Shown: positions 31,368 to 41,945, counted from the first letter of the stretch. The stretch: DNA of 64,000 bases from an uncultured delta proteobacterium (GCA_963769935.1 CAVYNY010000013.1:448001-512000); one strand, 5' to 3'. The notes: a model not told the origin generated them from the letters alone. A program made the numbers and translations.

Positions 31368-32558
31368 TCACAGTCTTTTAAACCATGCCGGCAGTCGCTG
31401 GAATTGTCTTGCAAGAACATCCAATTTGATCGTCCGCTCTTTGGCCGTCCGAAGAATTAGATACAACGCCACGGCCCCGGTCACCACGTTGGGCAGCCAC
31501 ATACCAAAGACCGGCGGCAAGGTACCGGATTCTCCGAGAATCTTGCCCGCCGATAAAAGCAGATTATAAAACAGAAACAGAAAAAGACCCAGGATCAAAC
31601 CGAATGTCCTGTTGGTGGACCTTGACCTTGATTGCACCCCCAGCGGCAATGCGATCAGCCCGAGAGTGAAGCAGGCAAACGGCAGGGCAAATTTACGGTG
31701 CAACTCCAGCAGCACCTTATAGTAGATTTCATCTTTTACCGGCGGCGTTTGGATAAATTGCCGCAGCTCGCCCAGGCTCATCGCCTTTTGATGGATGCGC
31801 TTCTTTTTTTTATCCGGAACCGTATTTTTAGGACCGAAATTGGACGTGTATGTGCTGAAATGAATTGAACTGACGGATCCGTTCTGCAAATTGGTTCGAT
31901 GGATCGTGCCGTCAAAAAGCCTCAAGTGATGCATGCGTTTATCAGGGTCACTAAACAGACGGCCCTTCGGCGCCACAACGGTAACGAGCATATCCGGCCG
32001 CCGCCGGTCTTCAATGAAGACACCAATGAGCATATTATTCTTTTGGTCAATTTTATTAACATAGAAAATCATATCGCTGAAATCGTCATTGAAGGTCTTT
32101 TCCTTCAATCCGATATCCGGATTGGAAGCGGCGACTTCTTCGGTGAGTTCTTCCATCGACGACCGCCCCCATGGCAAAGCATATATGGTCATAAAGCCGG
32201 TGAATACCGCTCCCAAAAGGCAAATTAACAGCACGGGCGGCAACAGGCCATAGAAGCTTAGGCCGCCGGACGTCAGGGCAATAATTTCATTATCACCGGA
32301 CATCCGCAGAAAGGTCAGCAGAATTGCCAGCATCACGGACATGGGGACAACAAATATAAGAAAATCGGGCATGGAATAGATGATCATCCACAAAACGGTA
32401 GAAATTCCGATGCCGTAGTTTACGATCCAGTTCGTGATTTCAAGCATATCCGAAATCAGGAATATGAAAGTAAAGAACAACAGGTTGAGCCCCAGGGGGA
32501 GGAGCATTTCTCTAAAAATATATCGATTTACATTCGAATTGATCGTCATCGCCTGCAA
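31368..32558 (-). CDS. lptF: LPS export ABC permease LptF
   Basis: RMSGDNEIIAL, HRKFALPFAC and MWLPN motifs. Confidence 0.88.
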   Translation of the reverse strand: MQAMTINSNVNRYIFREMLLPLGLNLLFFTFIFLISDMLEITNWIVNYGIGISTVLWMIIYSMPDFLIFVVPMSVMLAILLTFLRMSGDNEIIALTSGGLSFYGLLPPVLLICLLGAVFTGFMTIYALPWGRSSMEELTEEVAASNPDIGLKEKTFNDDFSDMIFYVNKIDQKNNMLIGVFIEDRRRPDMLVTVVAPKGRLFSDPDKRMHHLRLFDGTIHRTNLQNGSVSSIHFSTYTSNFGPKNTVPDKKKKRIHQKAMSLGELRQFIQTPPVKDEIYYKVLLELHRKFALPFACFTLGLIALPLGVQSRSRSTNRTFGLILGLFLFLFYNLLLSAGKILGESGTLPPVFGMWLPNVVTGAVALYLILRTAKERTIKLDVLARQFQRLPAWFKRL

Positions 32559-32707
32559 TAGCGCGGTCGTGCCTTAATTAATTATTCCTGAATTTGCGAA
32601 GTGGTGGCCGTTGATCCGAATTTCCCGGCTTTTCGGCAAGTCGATATTGAAGAGATCAGCGCTACGCAAATCGAAAGTTGTCGTCGTGACAGCGGATAAT
32701 GGTCTTC

Positions 32708-32735
32708 ATTTTACCCTAAATATGTCATTTGGCAA
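32708..32735 (-). promoter_or_regulatory. Putative sigma70 promoter for lptFG
   Basis: Minus strand TTGCCA-N16-TAAAAT. Confidence 0.4.
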
Positions 32736-32760
32736 GGAAAATCAATCATATCAAATAACC

Positions 32761-32913
32761 GGCAACCTGGGTTATAAAACCGGCTCCGGCTTCTATGACT
32801 GGAAAATCAAGGACATGGATTCTCTATCACAAACAAGAGATCGGTTTGTGATGCAAGCCCTTCGTTTTTTTCACGAAAGTGACCCTCCGAAGAAAGGACA
32901 AGTTGGGAGATAA
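32761..32913 (+). pseudogene. C-terminal remnant of a 3-hydroxyacyl-CoA dehydrogenase-family gene
   Basis: GNLGYKTGSGFYDW...RDRF matches the GxLGxK(T/S)GxGFY C-terminal motif. It stops 5 bp before the lactonase. Confidence 0.7.
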
Positions 32914-32918
32914 AAATT

Positions 32919-34037
32919 ATGGATCAGGATTTTTTGGTTTACATCGGAACCTACACAGAACCGATTCTTTTCGGGACGGGTAAAATCCTCCAAGGCAAAG
33001 GGGAAGGAATATATGTCTACCGCATGGATTCGGTTTCAGGCACCATGGAATTAATCAGAACGATCACCGGTATTACGAATCCGTCATATTTAGCCTTTGA
33101 TTCCAGTTGCAGTTACCTGTATGCCGTCAATGAATTAAAGTCATACCAGGGTGAACCAACCGGCACGGTTAGCGCATTTTCAGTAAATTCAAAAACCGGG
33201 CAGTTGACGTTTTTAAACAAAAAACCGACCGGCGGAACCGATCCTTGCCACCTGACAGTGGATAAGGCCGGCAGATATGTTCTGCTTGCCAATTTCATGA
33301 GCGGCAGCGTATGTGTCCTGCCGATCCGGGCTGATGGAAGTCTGGATGATGCCTCTGACTTTAAACAGCATCATGGCTCCAGCATTGATCCAAATCGCCA
33401 GCAAGGTCCCCATGCGCATGCGGTCACACTGGATGAGAGCAATCGGCATGCTTTTGTACCGGATCTCGGGTTGGATAGAACGCTGATTTATAGATTCGAT
33501 GTTGAATCAGGACGGTTGGAACCTGGTGAAGAACCATGGGCAGCGGTGAAACCCGGTGCGGGTCCGCGCCATCTCGTTTTCCACCCGAACGGCCGGTATG
33601 CTTATCTTATTAACGAACTTGATTCCACCATCACCGTCTATAAATACGACAGTAGGAAGGGAAAACTCCTTGATATCCAAACAATTTCGACGCTGCCGGA
33701 GGATTATCACGGCACGAACGCCTGCGCCGATTTGCATGTCTCTCCCTCTGGAAAATTTCTCTATGGTTCCAACCGGGGGCATGATAGCATTGTTATATAC
33801 AAAATCGATCAAACTGCCGGCCGACTTCACGGCATCGGTCATGAATCAACCCAGGGAAATACCCCCCGCAACTTTGCAATCGATCCTGCCGGCGGTTTTT
33901 TGCTCGCCGCCAACCAGGATTCCGACGCGATTGTTACCTTTCGCATCGACCCGCAATCGGGCGAGCTTCGTCCAACCGGGCAAGTTGTGGAAGTTCCAAC
34001 GCCTGTGTGTGTCAAAATAATTCTGATGAAATCGTAA
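32919..34037 (+). CDS. pgl: 6-phosphogluconolactonase/cycloisomerase family beta-propeller lactonase
   Basis: YIGTYT, NPSYL, PHAH, DLGLD, GPRH, SNRGHDSI and PRNF motifs. Confidence 0.9.
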   Translation: MDQDFLVYIGTYTEPILFGTGKILQGKGEGIYVYRMDSVSGTMELIRTITGITNPSYLAFDSSCSYLYAVNELKSYQGEPTGTVSAFSVNSKTGQLTFLNKKPTGGTDPCHLTVDKAGRYVLLANFMSGSVCVLPIRADGSLDDASDFKQHHGSSIDPNRQQGPHAHAVTLDESNRHAFVPDLGLDRTLIYRFDVESGRLEPGEEPWAAVKPGAGPRHLVFHPNGRYAYLINELDSTITVYKYDSRKGKLLDIQTISTLPEDYHGTNACADLHVSPSGKFLYGSNRGHDSIVIYKIDQTAGRLHGIGHESTQGNTPRNFAIDPAGGFLLAANQDSDAIVTFRIDPQSGELRPTGQVVEVPTPVCVKIILMKS

Positions 34038-34064
34038 AAAGTAATCTGAGGATTTCGCAAAAAT

Positions 34065-34183
34065 GTAGTGGCGGGGTTTATCCGGGCCTGGCTGTAAGCA
34101 TTTGCCTTAATGAACACTCGGCTGAATCATTCACGGACAACGGCCTGATTCGCCGCTTAGGCGGCGATAAACCCCGTCGTTAT
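34065..34183. repeat. GTAG-type REP-like inverted doublet
   Basis: GTAGTGGCGGGGTTTATC at 34065-34082 and the imperfect inverted copy GATAAACCCCGTCGTTA at 34166-34182, between convergent genes. Confidence 0.55.
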
Positions 34184-34211
34184 ACGGCTTGCTCCTTAAA
34201 GCGGTCCCAGG

Positions 34212-34568
34212 TCAAACCCTGTCCGGTGCAAACCCTCTGCCTTTTTCCATCAATTCTTTGCGCGGCGGGCTGAAAAGATCGACCAGGATCGTCTCCTCGA
34301 CGTAGTGGGATTCATGGGCCGCCATGGATTCGATCATGTAGGAATCGCCGGGATTCAGCGTCAGGGTCTGGTCCCCTGTTTTAAATTCGATCTTGCCTTT
34401 AACGACATAACCGCACTGCTCGGCGGCGTGGCGCTCCATAGGCCAGGTACAGCCTTTAGCAAATTTGTAGAGCACCATCATCATGTTGTCTCCCATAATG
34501 ACTTTACGGCTCACTTCATCAGAGACAGGTTCCCATTCGATAGCGTCCCAAACAACTTTCTGTGGCAT
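34212..34568 (-). CDS. Cupin domain protein
   Basis: RHAAEQCGYV, GDSY, AHES and DLFSPPR motifs. The likely start is ATG 34568, after GGAGG. Confidence 0.85.
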   Translation of the reverse strand: MPQKVVWDAIEWEPVSDEVSRKVIMGDNMMMVLYKFAKGCTWPMERHAAEQCGYVVKGKIEFKTGDQTLTLNPGDSYMIESMAAHESHYVEETILVDLFSPPRKELMEKGRGFAPDRV

Positions 34569-34674
34569 AATAGGCCTCCTTTCAATGATTAATAAGTAAA
34601 TACATATTCGACCGTAATTAGCTTCAACATTCGGTTTTAAACGTTCGATGTTCAATGTTCAGTTGGTTCGAATT

Positions 34675-35565
34675 TCATTTTTCCACAAGACCGAATCTCT
34701 CCTTACCGTAAATCATGACTATCGAGCCCAAAATGATCAATGAAGCCCCGATAATAAAACCTGTTGTCAGCCGCTCATTTAATATAATCATGGCATAAAT
34801 CGTTCCCTGGATTGGCTTGAAAAAAAAGACGATGCTGCCGACATTGGTTGAAGTCAATTCCATCCCTTTGTAATAGCATACAAATGTAATGCCGGAGCCC
34901 AGTATGCCCAGATACAGCAGCGGGAGAATATTACCCGTGCTGATGCCGGCGAACCAGGGAATGCCCGCCACAGGCAAGAACAATCCCAGCGACACGGTGC
35001 CGCAGATGACGACGATGGTAAAGGCGACCAGATTGCCGAATTTACCCGTCGTTTTTCTCATCAGAACATTGTAGAAGGCAAATGTGACGGCCGCGAAACT
35101 CAGGTGCAGAAAATAGATATCGAATTTATCGTTGAAAGGGTTGGATATAAACAGCAAACCGGCTATTTCCAGCGCTATGGAGGAAACGATAAAAATATTC
35201 GGTTTTTCATTCAGAATCCAGGCGGCAAAAATGGCAATAAAAACGGGATTGGACGAAAATACAAAGGTAGACAGCGAAGCCGCCGTATTTTGAATAGCAA
35301 CCTGGAGAAATACCATACTGATCGGAATATAAAGGATTCCAAGGCCGATCATGAAAAGCAGGTCCCGGGGCTGAATGACGACCTGCCGTCGCCGAGCATC
35401 ATGAATCGCGAACGGCAGCAGCGCCAGGCCGCCAATCAGGAATCGCAGGAAATTTAACTGGATCGCACCGATTCCATGCACCAGTTTGGAAATGACCTCA
35501 AACGGTCCGAAAATCAGAATGGTCAGGGTAAGATACAGATAGCCTTTGTTCAAAATATTCCCCAT
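34675..35565 (-). CDS. DMT/EamA family transporter
   Basis: About 10 TMs in two EamA repeats (LRF, ILNE). Confidence 0.9.
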   Translation of the reverse strand: MGNILNKGYLYLTLTILIFGPFEVISKLVHGIGAIQLNFLRFLIGGLALLPFAIHDARRRQVVIQPRDLLFMIGLGILYIPISMVFLQVAIQNTAASLSTFVFSSNPVFIAIFAAWILNEKPNIFIVSSIALEIAGLLFISNPFNDKFDIYFLHLSFAAVTFAFYNVLMRKTTGKFGNLVAFTIVVICGTVSLGLFLPVAGIPWFAGISTGNILPLLYLGILGSGITFVCYYKGMELTSTNVGSIVFFFKPIQGTIYAMIILNERLTTGFIIGASLIILGSIVMIYGKERFGLVEK

Positions 35566-35848
35566 TTAAAGTTTGAAACGCTCAAATCAGGTATCATTTG
35601 GACGCACTGGATTATATCGCTGGAATTCGCCCCCCGTGTCAACGCTTTTTTAGTCTAAATAAAATATTTTTATCCAGATAAAAAAATGGGCGCGGCGGAT
35701 ACCAGACCCTGTTTTTTTAGCAACCTTAGGCTGGATTTGCCTTAAATAAAAAAAATTGCTAATTTTTCTTGACAAATGCCATTCAGTGTTATTAATAAAT
35801 TTCATTCTTAATAAAATTCTAATAAAATAAACTTCTGGATTTGAAAAA

Positions 35849-36424
35849 GTGCTGATTGACGGCAAAAGCTTCGGTGAAAAAGTAAGAGCGCTTCGCATGC
35901 AGCGCGGGCTGACCCTGACCCATCTGGCCGAAAAAACCAGCCGCTCGGTCAGTCTGCTCAGCCAGATCGAAACCGGCAATGTCAGTCCCTCTTTCAGCAG
36001 CATGCAAACCATCGCCGACGCTTTGGAAGTGTCCCTGGCGCAGATCATTTCAGCGGAAAATGCGGCCGAAGGCGGAGATTTCTACCACATCGGTGAATCT
36101 GAACGCAAAGTTCTGATCACCCAGGGGGGGGTTCAGCACCAGCTTTTATCGCGCGGCCTGCCCCTTTCGTTTGAATTCAGCTTTATTGAAGTACCCCCGG
36201 GCGCATCCACCGGTGATCCCCTGTACTCTCACGAGGGTGAAGAATGCGGCGTTCTGCTTGAAGGTGAATTGGTGCTGGAAATCGGCCTGCAGGTATACCA
36301 TTTGAAGCCGGGGGATTCGATTACCATGAAATCCTCCCTGCCGCACAAGCTGTCCAATCCCGGTAATCAAAAAGCCCGGGCTTTATGGGTTAATTCGGTA
36401 CCCTATATTTTTTCGACAAGATGA
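35849..36424 (+). CDS. XRE-family HTH regulator with C-terminal cupin
   Basis: LSQIETGNVSPS HTH and HEGEE...PH cupin motifs. Confidence 0.92.
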   Translation: MLIDGKSFGEKVRALRMQRGLTLTHLAEKTSRSVSLLSQIETGNVSPSFSSMQTIADALEVSLAQIISAENAAEGGDFYHIGESERKVLITQGGVQHQLLSRGLPLSFEFSFIEVPPGASTGDPLYSHEGEECGVLLEGELVLEIGLQVYHLKPGDSITMKSSLPHKLSNPGNQKARALWVNSVPYIFSTR

Positions 36425-36506
36425 TGGGGTAAGAACAAGTGATTATTGGTAATAGTGTCAAAAATCGGTATGATAGCAAACGTCCGTCGGATTTCAAAAG
36501 GGGGTA

Positions 36507-37580
36507 GTGCGCGTGATTCCAAAATCAATGAAGGCCTGCATGCTGACAGGCGTCAACCAGTTCGCCATTCGAGAGATACCCGTCCCAACTCCCGGTCCTT
36601 CCGAAGTTCTTTGCCGGATCAAGGCCATTGCTATTTGTGGAACCGATCCCGAGATCGTCAAAGGCAAGCACCTGAACCGCAACTGGCCCCCTGAATTTCC
36701 GTTCGTATTGGGGCATGAGTGGTCGGGGGAGATCGTCAAATTAGGCGAAGGGGTCAGCGGCTTTATGGTCGGCGACCGTGTGGCCGGGGAGGCTCACAAA
36801 GGCTGCGGCCATTGCGCGAACTGTCTGAAGGGCCAATACACCCTTTGTCTCAACTATGGGAAAGGCGAAACCGGCCATCGCCACTACGGCTTCACCAATC
36901 CCGGCGCCAACTGCGAATACAACGCCTATTCCATCAAGGCCATACGAAAGATCCCGCCCTCCTTGAGCTTTCCCCATGCCGCCCTGCTGGACACTGCCGG
37001 TGTTGCGCTGCACGGCATCAAGCTGATTGGAATCACCCCGGGAGGCACCGTGGCGGTTTTCGGTCCGGGCCCGATCGGCCTGTGTGCGATGCAGATCGCT
37101 AAAGGCTTGGGTGCCAAGAATGTTGTGATGGTCGGCCGCGCACCGAGGTTGTCCGTGGCCAAAGAAATCGGCGCCAATCACGTAATCGATTTTGAAAAGG
37201 AAGATCCGGTGGCCCGCATCATGGAAATTACCCAGGGACTGGGCGCCGACGAAGTCCTGGAATGCTCCGGCGCCGCAGTGACCCCGGGGCAAAGCATCGA
37301 TTGCGTTAAAAAAGGCGGCAAAATCGATCTGATCGGATTCTACGACGACGAGCACGCAGACATTCCGTCGATCACCAAATTGGTGGTAAACGAGATCCTG
37401 ATTACCGGTTCGAGGGCGAACCCGAATGTCTCCGACGAGGTCATCCGGCTCTTCCAGGCGGGCGTGCTGAAAGGCGACAAGGTGGTCTCCCACCGGTTTC
37501 CGCTGGAAAAATACGCCGAGGGTTTCGATACCTTTGTCAACCGCAAAGACGGGGCCATCAAGGTGGTTATCGAGCCATAG
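36507..37580 (+). CDS. Zn-dependent (MDR) polyol/threonine dehydrogenase-like protein, paralog 1
   Basis: CGTD, GHEW, CGHCANC...C and GPGPIG motifs. Confidence 0.92.
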   Translation: MRVIPKSMKACMLTGVNQFAIREIPVPTPGPSEVLCRIKAIAICGTDPEIVKGKHLNRNWPPEFPFVLGHEWSGEIVKLGEGVSGFMVGDRVAGEAHKGCGHCANCLKGQYTLCLNYGKGETGHRHYGFTNPGANCEYNAYSIKAIRKIPPSLSFPHAALLDTAGVALHGIKLIGITPGGTVAVFGPGPIGLCAMQIAKGLGAKNVVMVGRAPRLSVAKEIGANHVIDFEKEDPVARIMEITQGLGADEVLECSGAAVTPGQSIDCVKKGGKIDLIGFYDDEHADIPSITKLVVNEILITGSRANPNVSDEVIRLFQAGVLKGDKVVSHRFPLEKYAEGFDTFVNRKDGAIKVVIEP

Positions 37581-37700
37581 GTGACGGCTTAAAAAAAAGC
37601 CGCTATCGGCGCTGCGCGTTTCCGCCCGGGGCGGATCCGGGGCTGGCTACGATTGAAATGCCGCCCAGGCGCTATTTCAATCTTCTGATAGGAGAGGGGC

Positions 37701-39188
37701 ATGCTTGAATTCAAGGGCATTTCCAAAAACTTCAAAGGCGTCAAGGCCCTCAATAAAGTCTCCTTCTCCATACCCGACGGGGTTATCCACGGGATCGTCG
37801 GCGAAAACGGCGCGGGCAAGAGCACGCTGATGAAAATTTTATCCGGTGTCTACCCGCCGGACAGCGGCCGCATCGAGCTGGACGGCTCCGCCATGGTGTT
37901 CGATACCCCTGAAAAGGCCTACGATGCCGGGGTGAGAATCGTGCATCAGGAACTCAGCCTGATCCGGTCCTTAACCATTGCCCAGAACATGTTTATCCAC
38001 CGGTTTCGGCGGGCTAAGCTCAAATTTATAGATCAGAAGCTCATTGAAGCCGAAGCGGCGGAAATGCTGCGCGAATGGCAAATCGACATCCCGCCGTCAA
38101 CCCTGGTTTCCGAATTGTCCATGGGGACCCGGCAGCTGGTTGAAATCGCCCGCGAGCTGTCGACCGGCGGCCGGATCATCATCCTCGACGAACCCACCTC
38201 GTCGCTGACCTTTAAGGAGATAGACCTGTTGTTCAGCGTGCTGCGCCTGCTGCGCGGCAAGGGATATATCATCATTTTTATTTCCCACCGCCTGAATGAA
38301 GTGATCGACCTGGTCGATCGGATCACCGTCCTGAGAGACGGAGAGGTGGTGGCAACGGCCGAGACCAGGGAATTGGACACGGCTCAGATCATCAACCTGA
38401 TCGCCGGCAGGGACCTGCGCGAGTTGTTTCCCAAAACGTCGGCACCGATCGGCAGTGTGGCGATCGAGGTCAGGAATTTGAGCGGAAAGGGCTTCAAGGA
38501 CATCAGCTTCAAGGTGCACTGGGGAGAAGTTCTGGGCATCGCCGGTCTGGTCGGCTCCGGGCGCAGTGAACTGGTCCGGACCATCTACGGCGTCAACGAG
38601 TGCCGCGGGGGCGAAATCCGTCTTGAAGACACGCCGGTCCGCATCAGATCGCCCAAAGAGGCCATCCAGATGGGAATCAGCCTGCTCAGTGAAGACCGGG
38701 AAGCCGAGGGGATGTTTCCGGATCTGAGCGTCTCAAAGAACCTGATCATACTAAAGATAAGGGAAGTACTGAAGAATTATTTCCTCAGCAAAAGCAAGAT
38801 CGAAGCCAAGGCCGCCCGCCTCGTCCACGAACTCAACATTGTGACCTACGATCAGGAGAAGCAGATCGTATCGGAGCTCTCCGGCGGCAACAAACAGAAG
38901 GTGATTTTGGGAAGACTGACAGGCTCGAAACCCAAAATCCTGCTTCTCGACGAACCGACCCGGGGGGTGGACATCGCCAACAAAACGGAAATTCACAAGA
39001 TCATGGGCCGGTTTTTGAATCAGGGGGGCGCCGTCGTGATGGTGTCCTCGGAGTTGAACGAATTGATCGGCGTCAGCGACAGGATCCTGGTTCTGAATGA
39101 AGGGGAATTCGGAGCCATCTATGAGCGCAACGAATTTGAGAAAGAGGAAATACTGCGATGTATGATGAAAGTGTGCCTGGCCGCCTAG
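37701..39188 (+). CDS. Sugar ABC transporter ATP-binding protein (RbsA/CUT2)
   Basis: GENGAGKST, LDEPT, LSGGNKQKV and DEPTRGVD motifs. Confidence 0.95.
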   Translation: MLEFKGISKNFKGVKALNKVSFSIPDGVIHGIVGENGAGKSTLMKILSGVYPPDSGRIELDGSAMVFDTPEKAYDAGVRIVHQELSLIRSLTIAQNMFIHRFRRAKLKFIDQKLIEAEAAEMLREWQIDIPPSTLVSELSMGTRQLVEIARELSTGGRIIILDEPTSSLTFKEIDLLFSVLRLLRGKGYIIIFISHRLNEVIDLVDRITVLRDGEVVATAETRELDTAQIINLIAGRDLRELFPKTSAPIGSVAIEVRNLSGKGFKDISFKVHWGEVLGIAGLVGSGRSELVRTIYGVNECRGGEIRLEDTPVRIRSPKEAIQMGISLLSEDREAEGMFPDLSVSKNLIILKIREVLKNYFLSKSKIEAKAARLVHELNIVTYDQEKQIVSELSGGNKQKVILGRLTGSKPKILLLDEPTRGVDIANKTEIHKIMGRFLNQGGAVVMVSSELNELIGVSDRILVLNEGEFGAIYERNEFEKEEILRCMMKVCLAA

Positions 39189-40147
39189 CATCCAAAAACA
39201 TATTGGGAGTATCGCTCAATTTCAACAACGTGCAGCGCCTGTTCCTGCTCTCGGCCCTCGTGGTGGTGATCATCAGCATGACGCTGCTGAATCCCCGATT
39301 CCTGTCGTGGGGGAACATCATCAACATCAACCGCCAGATGTCGATCAACCTGATCATAGCCGTGGCAATGACCTACTGCATCATCTCCGGCGGGTTTGAT
39401 CTGTCGGTCGGATCGGTCGGGGCAATGGCCGGCTGTCTGACGGGCATCATCCTGGCATCGACCGGCAACATCCCGCTCGCCATCGCCGCTGGGCTTGCTT
39501 CCGGCGGGATCGTGGGGATCGCCAACGGGTTCGTCATCGCCAAACTGAAGGTCCCGCCCTTTGTGGCTACCTTGGGGACCATGTCGGTGGCGCGCGGCGT
39601 GGCCCTGCTGGTCACCGGCGGGATCATTATCAGCGGCTTCCCGGACAGTTTCAACTTCATCGGAACCGGATTTATATTCGGCATTCCGGTGCCGGTCATC
39701 ATCATGGTAATCGTTGTGGCCATCGGGCATATCGTCCTGTCCAAGACGGAATTCGGGCTGAACGTCTATGCTCTCGGCGGCAATTTCAAGGCATCCCGCC
39801 TGGCTGGGCTTGAAAACGACAAGATGATCATGAAGATTTACACCCTGAGCGGGCTGCTGTCCGCCATGGCCGGAATCATTCTCACGGCGCGCGTCATCTC
39901 AGCCCAGCCCGGGTTGATGGAAACGACGAACCTGGACGTGATTGCGGCCGTCGTCGTAGGCGGTTCATCGCTGGCCGGGGGCAAGGGGTCCATCGGCAAC
40001 ACGATCCTGGGCTCGGTTTTGATGGCGGCCCTGTTCAACGGCTTGAACATCATCGGTATCGGTTACGAATGGCAGCTGGTCGTAATCGGAATCATCGTCA
40101 TCATGGCGGTGGCCCTTGATATGATCTCCAGAAAAAACGAAATTTAA
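39158..40147 (+). CDS. Sugar ABC transporter permease (RbsC-like)
   Basis: GGFDLSVGS, PPFVATLG and IAAVVVGGSSLAGG motifs. The start is uncertain. Confidence 0.93.
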   Translation: MYDESVPGRLASKNILGVSLNFNNVQRLFLLSALVVVIISMTLLNPRFLSWGNIININRQMSINLIIAVAMTYCIISGGFDLSVGSVGAMAGCLTGIILASTGNIPLAIAAGLASGGIVGIANGFVIAKLKVPPFVATLGTMSVARGVALLVTGGIIISGFPDSFNFIGTGFIFGIPVPVIIMVIVVAIGHIVLSKTEFGLNVYALGGNFKASRLAGLENDKMIMKIYTLSGLLSAMAGIILTARVISAQPGLMETTNLDVIAAVVVGGSSLAGGKGSIGNTILGSVLMAALFNGLNIIGIGYEWQLVVIGIIVIMAVALDMISRKNEI

Positions 40148-40277
40148 CCGGTAACAATCTTGGATCCCGATGGATGGTCATCGAGACCAGCGAAAGGATA
40201 TAGTGGCGTGCAGCGGATCGTGGACCCGTTGCCTAATCATATCCAAATAACCCAATCCAATCTTGAAGGAGGAAAAA

Positions 40278-41273
40278 ATGCGTAGATTAAATCTGATGGT
40301 ACTGATCGGCTTGATTGCATTCGCAGTTATCGTATCCATGTCGGCCATGCCGGCTCAGGCCCAGAAAAAAAATGTCGTCATCGGTTCCAGTATGGTTCAA
40401 AAAGACAGCGACTGGTGGGCGGTGATGGGCAAGTTCGTGGAGCAGGCGGCTGAAGCGGAGGGTTTCGAGGTCATCACCCTGTGGGCCGGAGGTGACCAGG
40501 AGAAGCAGATCAAGGATATGGAGGATCTGATCCAGCGCAAGGTCAATGCGATTGTTATGGGCCCGGTGCAGCAGGACGGCAGCATGGTCGCCATTAATGA
40601 GGCCGCCAAAGCCGGGATCCCCGTTATCACGGTGGGCCGCCGGTCGAAGACGGACAAACAGTATGCCGAGGTGTGGGCAAATGAGCCCCAGTTCGGGGTC
40701 GAGCAGGTGACCCAGATCGCCAAGGATTTCCCCAAAGGAGGCAACATAGTCTATTTGTTCGGCCCGGTGGGCGCCGGTTATGCCATCCAGATGTGGGACC
40801 AGGGCGTCGTTCCGACCATGAAGAAACATCCGAACCTTAAAATTCTCCAGAAGTACAGCTCCCCGAGCGACATCGCCTCGGACGGCATGAAGAACGCCGA
40901 AGACGCTATTGTCCGGTACGACAACATCGACATCATCGCCTGCAGCAACGACGGGTTGGCGCTGGGTGCGGTGCGGGCCGTTCAGGCCGCCGGCAAGGCG
41001 GGCAAGATCACCGTCTATGGCGCCGGGGCCACGGAAATGGGTATGCAGGCCATCGCTGACGGCGAGATGCGCTACACGACGATCAAGAGCCAGGCGAAAA
41101 TGGCGCAGATAGCCATGCAAAAAGTGGTGATGGCCATAAACGGCAAGCCGGTCGGCGAAAAGATCAACCTGGTGGCACCGATTGTCGTCACCAAGGAAAA
41201 TGTCCTCACCGTCAGGGACGCGATGTTCGGTGGCACAGTAACCGACCCGGGAACTTTCAAACCCAAAAAGTAG
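40278..41273 (+). CDS. Sugar ABC transporter substrate-binding protein (RbsB-like)
   Basis: Signal peptide (AQA|Q) and Peripla_BP_4 motifs (NDGLALGA); GGAGG RBS. Confidence 0.92.
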   Translation: MRRLNLMVLIGLIAFAVIVSMSAMPAQAQKKNVVIGSSMVQKDSDWWAVMGKFVEQAAEAEGFEVITLWAGGDQEKQIKDMEDLIQRKVNAIVMGPVQQDGSMVAINEAAKAGIPVITVGRRSKTDKQYAEVWANEPQFGVEQVTQIAKDFPKGGNIVYLFGPVGAGYAIQMWDQGVVPTMKKHPNLKILQKYSSPSDIASDGMKNAEDAIVRYDNIDIIACSNDGLALGAVRAVQAAGKAGKITVYGAGATEMGMQAIADGEMRYTTIKSQAKMAQIAMQKVVMAINGKPVGEKINLVAPIVVTKENVLTVRDAMFGGTVTDPGTFKPKK

Positions 41274-41293
41274 CAAGCGCTAAAAGGCAGCCG

Positions 41294-41329
41294 CCGTGAA
41301 ACGGAGCCCGGCAAAGTCCCGTTTCACGG
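41294..41329 (+). terminator. Stem-loop after the SBP gene (terminator or mRNA stabiliser)
   Basis: CCGTGAAACGG...CCGTTTCACGG, an 11-bp perfect inverted repeat with no strong U-tract. Confidence 0.55.
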
Positions 41330-41549
41330 GGAACGCGGAAATAAACGGCAGGCCTTCCTAAATGCCGGGGGCCAGGCCTGCCGGATTTATACATCGTCAT
41401 TGTTCCAGCCGTCGGCGATAGGCGCTGAATGCGGACGCCGTCACGCCGATCGGCCATGCGAAACCACATAAAAGCAATCGCGTGCACCGACGCGCTGTTT
41501 GGATTGTGCGGCAGCAATGCGGTTGCGCTATTTTCGGAGGATGCAAACC

Positions 41550-41945
41550 ATGGGAAAGTCACCTGCAACCAATGCGGACATGCGAAGCACGGTATTCGAT
41601 TATGAATGGAAGGAAGTCGGCGAGGAACGCGGCGGACCCATCCCGGGCATCAAAGAAAAACTGCTGGCGGTCGATCCTGAAACCGGGGCGTATACACGAA
41701 TCGTGATATTCGAACCCGGCTTCAAGTTCAAGAAGGCCTTGCAGCATCCTTTCTGGGAGGAGCTGTTCATGCTGGAAGGCCACCTGATTGATTACGGCAC
41801 CAACACGGTTTACACCAAGGGTTTCTATGCCCTCAGGCCTGCGGGCGTAGTTCATGGACCTTTTGGGACGGACCTGGGATGCACGCTGCTTGAAACGGCC
41901 TGGTACAGCAAGGATTGGTATCTGGAAAAATATAGCCAACCATAA
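41550..41945 (+). CDS. ChrR-like cupin protein
   Basis: HPFWEELFMLEG and RPAGVVHGPF motifs. Confidence 0.85.
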   Translation: MGKSPATNADMRSTVFDYEWKEVGEERGGPIPGIKEKLLAVDPETGAYTRIVIFEPGFKFKKALQHPFWEELFMLEGHLIDYGTNTVYTKGFYALRPAGVVHGPFGTDLGCTLLETAWYSKDWYLEKYSQP

